A stretch of 64,000 bases of DNA from positions 9,535-73,534 of the forward strand of contig CACWLF010000002.1 in NCBI GenBank assembly GCA_902761645.1, written 5' to 3'. This DNA comes from an uncultured Aeromonadales bacterium (GTDB lineage: Bacteria > Pseudomonadota > Gammaproteobacteria > Enterobacterales > Succinivibrionaceae). The notes under the pieces were generated by a model, which saw only the letters and a program-made list of their open reading frames with translations, searched no databases and was not told where the DNA came from. Of this stretch, positions 41,033 to 48,900 are shown in pieces; the first letter of the stretch is position 1; each line of letters opens with the position of its first letter. The translations under genes were made by a program, and so were the position numbers.

Positions 41033-42163
41033 ATGACTATAGAAACGAGTGAAGATTCAAGATTTGATAACATTAGACCATATAGAGATGAGGAAGTACC
41101 TGCTGCCATTGAGCGAATAATGAATGATGATTTGGTAGTATCAAAAATTATCAATTTCCAGTTTAAAAAATTGAGTTTTCTCAGTTGGCTTTTAAAACCG
41201 ATTATTAAAAGAATTCTTAGAAAAAAATACGGCAACATAAAAACAGTGGCTGAACTACAGAAGTATGTTGCAAAGTTTCTTGACAGCATGATCAAAAATA
41301 ATACAGACGGTGTGGTTTTTGAAGGATTTGAAAAGCTGGATCCAAAAGAAGGTTATCTGTTTATTTCCAATCACAGAGATATTTCACTGGATCCTGCTTT
41401 GGTCGATTTAGGTCTGCATCGTCATAATTTGCCAACTGTGAGAATTGCAATCGGGGATAATTTACTTCGTCGTCAGGTTGCTACAGACCTAATGAAGCTA
41501 AATCAGAGTTTCATTGTAAACAGATCTGCAAAGGGTCGCGAATTGCTAAAGGCTTTATCTGATTTATCTGATTACATAAGGCTGTCGCTTAAAGAAAAAC
41601 ATTCCATCTGGATTGCTCAAAGAGAGGGCAGAGCCAAGGATGGAAATGACATGACGGATCCTGCTATTTTGAAAATGTTTTATATGGCGGGAAAAAAATT
41701 AAAAATTCCTTTTAATGAATATGTCAAGGAATTAAATATTGTCCCTGTTGCAATTTCATATGAATTTGATCCGGGAGATGCAGATAAAGCTCATGAACTT
41801 TATGAGAAATCCAAAAATGGAGAGTATCAGAAAAGTGAATTTGAGGATATAGACAGTATTGTGAAAGGAATTTCAGGTTATAAGGGCCGAATTCACATAA
41901 AAGTAGGAAATGTGATAAAGGAAAATTTTGAAACTCCGGAAGAACTGGCTGGGTATATAGACAGGTACATTCATCAGAACTATCACCTGTTTCCTTCAAA
42001 TTTAATTGCGGCAAGAAGTATTGGAGAAGGAAGGGAGGCTATCATCAATCCGGAAGATGAGGAAAAATTTAATTCTAGAATTAATCTGGTACCGATTGAA
42101 GAGAGAGAATTTGTGAAGAAGTATTATGCAAAACCGGTAAGTAATGCCATGAAGTACAATTAA
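41033..42163 (+). CDS. PlsC/LPLAT-superfamily acyltransferase (substrate unknown)
   Basis: FISNHRDISLDPA (acyltransferase motif I variant) and IAQREGRAKDG (motif III-like). SD GAGAGGTGG before ATG 41033. An extended -10 TGGTACAAT at 41002-41010. Confidence 0.6.
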   Translation: MTIETSEDSRFDNIRPYRDEEVPAAIERIMNDDLVVSKIINFQFKKLSFLSWLLKPIIKRILRKKYGNIKTVAELQKYVAKFLDSMIKNNTDGVVFEGFEKLDPKEGYLFISNHRDISLDPALVDLGLHRHNLPTVRIAIGDNLLRRQVATDLMKLNQSFIVNRSAKGRELLKALSDLSDYIRLSLKEKHSIWIAQREGRAKDGNDMTDPAILKMFYMAGKKLKIPFNEYVKELNIVPVAISYEFDPGDADKAHELYEKSKNGEYQKSEFEDIDSIVKGISGYKGRIHIKVGNVIKENFETPEELAGYIDRYIHQNYHLFPSNLIAARSIGEGREAIINPEDEEKFNSRINLVPIEEREFVKKYYAKPVSNAMKYN

Positions 42164-42486
42164 AAAATTGATTGCTTTAATTTTGTAAAAAATCTTTATA
42201 GAACAGTGAATTATTTTAGAATTTGGATTAAGCGTTATAACGGACGTAATTTTATTACATGTTTGACTGGTTTGCTTTAAAATGCTTTGCTGTTTTTTTT
42301 ACATAAAATTAAGCGGATCCAATAGTTCAACATCCGTTAAAATTGATTCTTTATTGTGTGAATTAGTTCTAATTAATAAAAGTTTTTTTTTGAATTTTAT
42401 TTTTCAATACTGCTTTGAGATTTAAAATGAGATGATAATAATTATAATTAAGATGATTGTGTATTTTTTGTTTTGGAGTTAAATAT

Positions 42487-43089
42487 ATGAAAGGAATAGT
42501 ACATCCTTCTCAGTATTTGAAGTGTAGTAGATTTAGATCTCGAGGATTCTCCATTATAGAAGTTATTTCTGCGATAGTAATATTGTCAATAATGGCAACC
42601 TTATCAGTAAATTTGATGAGCGGCTACAAACTTAAGCAGAATTTAACGGGAGCCCGTCAGCAGTTGATGAATGCAATGAGCAGTGCCATGGCTGCGGCTC
42701 AAAGAAATGATGTGAGTTATGTTGTGATGTTTGAGGCTGGAACTAGCAATGGTCAGTACTCTGGTACGACAGTGAAAGTTTGCGAGGCAGGAAGATGCTC
42801 AGAAACTTCCAATGAAGACGCAGCCTTTTTTCACAATATAACAATGTTCAGCAAACCAGAGTTGGTGTCTGGCAATTTGGGAGATGTCGGCAGTGACAGG
42901 GTTATTAAATTTACCCCTTTTGGACGGATTCAGGTAACTGGATTGACGGCGGATGCCAATGGTTATTTTCATTTGTTCTTACAGGATGAAGAAGAAAAAA
43001 TCCTGGATGATATGTGCATAGGAATAATGTTTAATATTATGGGAACAATGGATTCAATTGAAACAGGCACTGATGGGGGATGCAAATAG
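42487..43089 (+). CDS. fimT: type IV minor pilin, FimT/FimU (GspH-like) family
   Basis: Prepilin cleavage/methylation motif G|FSIIEVISAIVILSIMA. GspH-like body. SD GGAG 9 nt before ATG 42487. First gene of the minor-pilin operon. Confidence 0.75.
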   Translation: MKGIVHPSQYLKCSRFRSRGFSIIEVISAIVILSIMATLSVNLMSGYKLKQNLTGARQQLMNAMSSAMAAAQRNDVSYVVMFEAGTSNGQYSGTTVKVCEAGRCSETSNEDAAFFHNITMFSKPELVSGNLGDVGSDRVIKFTPFGRIQVTGLTADANGYFHLFLQDEEEKILDDMCIGIMFNIMGTMDSIETGTDGGCK

Positions 43090-43090
43090 A

Positions 43091-43783
43091 ATGTGTACAG
43101 TATACAGTGTTAACAGATTGACAAGAATGAGGGGGTTTAATTTAATAGAACTTCTTGTTTCCCTTGTTGTTGTCGCAGTATCTCTTTTTGCGATTGCAAA
43201 AATCCAGATTACCGGTATGCAGTCTGTAGAAGGTGCAAAACAGTCAGCAGGATCGACTGTTAGTGTTGCCAGCTTTATTGAGCGGTTAAGTTTGCACAGA
43301 GAGGCAGTGCGTACTATTCTTGATGCGAGTACAGCTACTCCTCACTCGCTGACTTATCTGCTTAAATCCCTGAATGATGAAGCTTTGGATGGGGCTACGT
43401 CATCAGCGTGCAAAGGCGATTTAGATCAGCTGAAAGTTGATGAGGCAACAACAGCAGTTGTTTGTGAAATTGATGCGTGGCTTTATTCCGTTTATAACGC
43501 CTTGAATTTAAAAAATCCTGGAGATATCTGTGCGTACATATCCATTAGTGATGCAACTGATTATAAATATAAATCAAATTCATCTGTTTCGTTCAGATAT
43601 GCCATACCAGTTGTAATGGTGGAGTACAAATGGAGGCAGTCGTCAACCTCCGCAACGTCAGCGGATGATTTTAACTGTAATCTTAATTCAGACGGTCACC
43701 TGATAAAGCCTAACTTGACCTATGATTCAAATGATCAATCTGGAGAAATTGGATATTCATCAATGGAGTACTTGTTACCATGA
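43091..43783 (+). CDS. pilV: type IV minor pilin PilV
   Basis: G|FNLIELLVSLVVVAVSLFAIA N-terminal motif. Second position in the operon. ATG 43091 directly follows the fimT stop. Alternative start at 43127. Confidence 0.75.
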   Translation: MCTVYSVNRLTRMRGFNLIELLVSLVVVAVSLFAIAKIQITGMQSVEGAKQSAGSTVSVASFIERLSLHREAVRTILDASTATPHSLTYLLKSLNDEALDGATSSACKGDLDQLKVDEATTAVVCEIDAWLYSVYNALNLKNPGDICAYISISDATDYKYKSNSSVSFRYAIPVVMVEYKWRQSSTSATSADDFNCNLNSDGHLIKPNLTYDSNDQSGEIGYSSMEYLLP

Positions 43784-44709
43784 TAAGAAAATATGTTACA
43801 GGTTTCAGTATGATAGAAATGCTGATATCTATGGTTGTTGCCTCGATTGTGATTATTGGGGTGTATTCTTTTCTTTCATCATCTCAAAGAAGTTTTAATT
43901 TGGTACAAGCCAATGACGGTATGAATAGAAATATGCTGATTGCAAACCGCAATGTTGTTGATTTTATTCATATGGCAGGTTTTAGAAACTATCGCCGGGT
44001 TGTAGACAGAATTACTTTTCCTAAGGCTAAATATACATTTGACAATTATGACGGCGGTGATGTTACATTTGCTTACAACTCTTTTGTTACCGCTTCGAAT
44101 CTTGAATCAGGAACCAGTACTCACAAGCGCAATCATTTGTTTATTCGTTATTACGGCTCAAGCATTGATGACGATATGAACTATGATGTTGAGGAAATAC
44201 AATCTAACGGAAGAATGTTTGATTGTTCAGGAACTTTTTTGTCAAGAGAGGAATTGGCAATTGTTCATCTGTTCGTTGATAATAGCGGGTTGCATTGTCA
44301 GCATATCGTTAATAACGAGGTTAAAGGTACTTCCCGAACAGATACTGTATTGATTAACCCTAATGTTACTGACATGATGTTTGCATTCAGATCAGATGGT
44401 CAGGTTGAGTTTAATTTAGTGGGAGATATGGATAGTTCCAGCGCAAACGAATTGGAAAATTATTCCCTTGTTAATGCAATTCGTTACGGCTTTATCACTA
44501 GGCAGGAAACTCATCAGAGAGTAACGCAGATTTCATCTTCAGGTGGAGGTCTCGTATATCATATTCTGGGAATGGATAACTCATCTGAAAGTTCAAATAT
44601 GGAGTCTGATAAAATTGAGATTCCTCGTACAGATGATTCTAGACATGATATTTATAATTTAGTTTCTGGTGTGGTTTACGCAAGAAATCGTTTTTATGAA
44701 GTCAAGTAA
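43780..44709 (+). CDS. pilW: type IV minor pilin PilW
   Basis: G|FSMIEMLISMVVASIVIIG motif. About 300 aa. 4-nt overlap with pilV. Confidence 0.75.
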   Translation: MIRKYVTGFSMIEMLISMVVASIVIIGVYSFLSSSQRSFNLVQANDGMNRNMLIANRNVVDFIHMAGFRNYRRVVDRITFPKAKYTFDNYDGGDVTFAYNSFVTASNLESGTSTHKRNHLFIRYYGSSIDDDMNYDVEEIQSNGRMFDCSGTFLSREELAIVHLFVDNSGLHCQHIVNNEVKGTSRTDTVLINPNVTDMMFAFRSDGQVEFNLVGDMDSSSANELENYSLVNAIRYGFITRQETHQRVTQISSSGGGLVYHILGMDNSSESSNMESDKIEIPRTDDSRHDIYNLVSGVVYARNRFYEVK

Positions 44710-44721
44710 GCGGAGTTTATA

Positions 44722-45438
44722 ATGTTAAGATCGAATAAAAATGAAGGTATAGTATTAGTAGCTGCTATTATAGTGACATTGATAGTTTCTTTGGTAGCTG
44801 TAGCGATTGCCAGTACTGCTGTATCAAACAGACATTTGTCAATCTCTTCTTACGATTCGATGTCGAGCTACATTAATGCTCAGGCAGGTTTAAATCTTGG
44901 AGAGGCAGTACTTTTAACGTCGTCAGGTGAGGAATTAAAGAACTATACAGCAGATTTTGACAGTACTAACAGTGTAGCGATTATAAAAAGAATTTCGAAT
45001 AAATGTGGTACAACATCAACGCTTGGCGGACAGACTGATATTTCGAAAATCTCCGCAAATGATTGTTTTTGGTGGCTTGGCAATGTATTAAGTGATGCAA
45101 CATACGGTTCGGAATCTTTTTTGTCAAATGTAAAGCCTGCCTCAGGTTCTTATTACACATCTTCGAATGCTTTAACTAGATTCAAACTAGAACGGCGTCC
45201 TGAGACTCGTACTATAAGTTTGGATTCCGGTGATAATTTAGGAAGGAATTTCTACCGTGTGACTTCAATCGGTAAGGCGAACGGTGAAGGATTGTCCAAA
45301 TTACAAGGTCAGATAGGAGTATTCACTGAAGTTGACAAAACCTTTGAAATAGATACACAAGATCCTGATGACGATGATTGTGTAGGTGAATGTGATATAG
45401 CTCAATTTACTGGAATGTCATCAGTTGGTGGTGATTAA
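44722..45438 (+). CDS. pilX: type IV minor pilin PilX-like
   Basis: N-terminal hydrophobic helix IVLVAAIIVTLIVSLVAVAIA without Glu5, as in Pseudomonas PilX. Position after pilW. Confidence 0.6.
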   Translation: MLRSNKNEGIVLVAAIIVTLIVSLVAVAIASTAVSNRHLSISSYDSMSSYINAQAGLNLGEAVLLTSSGEELKNYTADFDSTNSVAIIKRISNKCGTTSTLGGQTDISKISANDCFWWLGNVLSDATYGSESFLSNVKPASGSYYTSSNALTRFKLERRPETRTISLDSGDNLGRNFYRVTSIGKANGEGLSKLQGQIGVFTEVDKTFEIDTQDPDDDDCVGECDIAQFTGMSSVGGD

Positions 45439-45491
45439 GGTATTTTTGGCGTTTGATGTACAACTTACGGTAAGTTTTTTTTGGATTGAAT

Positions 45492-45929
45492 ATGATGAAT
45501 TTTGCATATAGAAATAAAGGTTTTTCGCTGATTGAAATTATGATAGTAATTGTAATTATTTCAATTCTGACTTCGCTGGCTGCTGTCAGTTATCGTGCTT
45601 ATATTGTTAAGGCAAGAAGGGCTGCAGTGCAGGAGGAATTATTGAGTTTGCAGCAAAAAATGGAAGAATATTATACGTTAAATCATACCTACACTGATGC
45701 AGCAGTTGCAGGTTGTGCAAAAGTTCACAACTGGGGAAATGCAGCAAAGTCAGGTTTTTATGTTTTAACTTGTTCTACAAGTGGAGGCTACAATTTGGTT
45801 GCTGAGGCAACTGGTAAACAAAAGAGTGACGATGCTGATTGCGCTGTTTTGCAACTGTTTCGCAATGGTGTAAAGAAAGGTGGAAAAAACACTGCTACCG
45901 GTAGTATGAAAGAAGATCAATGTTGGTAA
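45492..45929 (+). CDS. pilE: type IV minor pilin PilE-like
   Basis: G|FSLIEIMIVIVIISILTSLAAVSYRAYIVKARRAA. C-terminal disulfide loop C...CW as in P. aeruginosa PilE. Confidence 0.7.
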   Translation: MMNFAYRNKGFSLIEIMIVIVIISILTSLAAVSYRAYIVKARRAAVQEELLSLQQKMEEYYTLNHTYTDAAVAGCAKVHNWGNAAKSGFYVLTCSTSGGYNLVAEATGKQKSDDADCAVLQLFRNGVKKGGKNTATGSMKEDQCW

Positions 45930-45938
45930 GGAGTTTTT

Positions 45939-48900
45939 ATGAAAAAGTTTATTGTGTCATCTTTAATGGCGAGTTTGGGATTGGCAGCTTTCTCTGTTTC
46001 CAATTCTTCCTATGCTGCTGAAGTTGCGTTAAAAGATACTGATATTTCAAGTCAGCCTGTAAATTTGGGACTAGGTAATCCTCCTCCATTGATTATGTTG
46101 CTTATGGGTCGAGATCATTCGATGTATTACGAAGCATATAATGATATGACTGATCTTGATGGTGACGGCGAAATTGATGGTATGTTCACACCGCATGTTG
46201 TATACGATGGTATCTTTGAAGCTAATTGGTGTTACACATATAATGAACTTAAAAACGGCAGCAGTGGTTATTTTGGAATGACTAAGCCTGCCACTGAAGA
46301 CAGTTTCGATAATGGTAAATATATAATTTATAAATGCGGCGGTTCAACGTGGAGCGGTAATTTCTTGAATTATCTCACTTCGACTCGAATGGATGTGGTT
46401 AAACGCATTTTAATAGGAGGTCAGAGGTATGCTAATTTTAGTGTTTGTAATACTAGTGCACAAAAGCATGGATCTTGCAGAATTACCAGTCAGGACAATA
46501 AACTTAGTAAGAATTTAACGTACCCTGTTTTAGCTAGACAGTTTATTCCAAGAGATACTCATGCATGGGCCAAATCATATAATGCGAAAGATATGGATAA
46601 TTTGTGTTACAAGCGTTATGGGTTGTCCAAATGTAACTTTAAATTGTCGGATTTTGCTTATTTTTCTTCTGGCACTCCGGATTCAGCAATGTTTGGTAGT
46701 GTTGGTCGTCAGTTATACGTTATTGCACCTGATCCAAACAGTAATACCTATCAGATTGGTTCGTACGTCGATTTGGCCAAAGAAGAACATAACCATCTTT
46801 ATGTTTGGAATTGGGTTGCTCGTGAGTCAGGAGATGGCGGCAGTTCTGGAAAAGCAAAAGGAGTTTTGGCTTACGAAAACGGACTTACTCCTGTTAATAA
46901 CCCTGATGGATCGGGTAATATATCTGTTTTAGCTCAAAGGTATTTTGTATTAGCAGAAGCTTGTCACTACAGTTTCAAAGAAAACGAGTATGATATGCCT
47001 GCCCGTTGTAAAAATTACGGTTCCGAGTTGAATCCTTATTACAATACAATAGGTTTGCTTCAGGATTTTTCTAAATCTGGTTCGCCTGATGCATATTTTG
47101 GCTTGATCACATCTACGTGGTCAAATAAGTTTAATACAGCTGCCGGTACTGGTAAGGGTGTTGCTGAGAGAGGTGCTGCACTTAGAGCTCCTATCGCAGA
47201 TTTGTCATCCGATAATTATATCGATACGTCCACCGGAGAGTTTAAAGTTGACTCGGTTTATTATGCTATTGATTTATTATCCTTGAGTGAAAAAGAGAAT
47301 ACTCCTGGTTCAACAGGTTCTAATGGAACAAGCAATACATGGCCTGATTGCCAGGGTAATTGGGATAATCCTAATAGAAAAAATACTCCAGCTAGAGGTT
47401 GTGGCGATTGGGGAAATCCTTTGTTGCCAATGATTCAAAAAAGTTACGACTATTTTAATAATGTTGCAACAAAGTCAGAAGATAAAGATTTTGTTAATGG
47501 TACAGTTTATAAGTTAAGAATTAATTCTTTTACTGATAATAAAAATGCATACACTTTCACGTATCCTAATTTGTCACTTGATAAAAATAAGACTCCATAT
47601 GAAAAATTTGATTATTGCTACAAGCCTATTAATTTTATTTTGGCTGATGAAAGTGTTTCCATGGATTCTTACATAGGTTCTTCAAGTTCAGAACAAATAG
47701 ATGAAGGTTATGAGGTTATAGATAAGGGAGAACAGCTTACTGGGGTGCACGTTTTTGGTGAATTGGCTGATGGTGAGAATGTGATGGAATTGGGAAATGA
47801 GCAGACCGTGCATAGCCAAAAGAAAGTGGTAAACCTTTCTGATATGAGAAACGTGAGGGGTGTATCGACACTTGAACCGTACTTGCAGGGAACTTTGAAT
47901 GGTGCAGCTTTGGCACAATATATTCACAGTCATCCAATGAGTCATAAATTCGGAGGAGTTTCTAAAAATGTTCCTGGTTTTGAACATTATGCAGTAGCAA
48001 TGGCTTCTTATTTGCCTAAGTTTGAGATTTATGCTTATAACGGAAAAAAAGCATTGTTTGTACCAACATGTTTTTCTCCTGTTATTGAAAATAAATTAAA
48101 TATGGCAGATGGTATAGGTGCTTTTTCTTATGATGGCGAATCTGGTCATTATACTAACTCCTGCGGTATTATGGATGTTTTTTATATCAATTCAAAATAC
48201 GACACCATTGATGGTCAAAATCGAATGGTAGAGGTCGAGTTCCGTGTTACATACGAAGACAACGAATCCGGTTCTGACTTGGATATGGATGCTTCTTTTG
48301 CCTATAAAATAGAGGCAGATAAGAATAACCCTAATATCCTTACTGTTACTGTAACCGGTTTTTATCATGATACTTATGCAGGTCAGATTGGTGGTTATAA
48401 CATTTTTGGTACGGCAGGATCGATAGAGCCTTATGAAGGTGATTGTGCAAACCCAGGCGACTGGATTTGTGGCATTAAGACGTACAAGGTAAATGCTAAG
48501 AAAACTCTTTATCTTGATGTAATGAAGGTTGATCAGAACAGTAATAATTTTACTTTGATGAAGAGCAATTCCGATCCTTTTAATGAGTACAACAATGATG
48601 TTGGTTATGACGATGCCACAGAGTTTACTTCTGCTCCATCTACATCTAAGGTTAAAGTAGTGCCGAAATCTGATGTTGTAAACTCTAATCATAGATATGG
48701 TTGTCTTAAAGGTGAGCAAGTTTGGAAAATTGTAGGCACTTCCGGACGTTATTTTAGATTCTCAAAAGACGGATCATGGATTGAACCTTTAAAGTTTTTA
48801 CCTGCATTTTCCAAAGAGTGTAATTTATCAGTAGAGAGAAAGTTTTATGTAACCGGTTTGGATAATGCGATTGGTTTCTACGACAGTCCTCTAGATTACG

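Noticed and set aside
42357-42372. CRP-like site TGTGA-ATTAGT-TCTAA upstream of the minor-pilin operon
   Set aside because: Only 3 of 5 positions match in the right half-site. It is suggestive given CRP/Vfr control of pili elsewhere, but not supportable as a feature from sequence alone.
42164-42486. Search for a sigma54 (TGGCAC-N5-TTGC) promoter ahead of fimT
   Set aside because: The only GG...GC candidate (CTGGTTTGCTTTAAAATGC around 42268-42290) has the wrong spacing. No acceptable -24/-12 element was found.
48192-48719. 175-aa ORF antisense to pilY1, plus smaller in-gene ORFs at 46561-46932 and 47688-47987
   Set aside because: They are embedded in the continuous 1778-aa PilY1 frame, whose N- and C-terminal family signatures are on the plus strand. 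The translation is Ile/Arg/Phe-rich and unlike real proteins.
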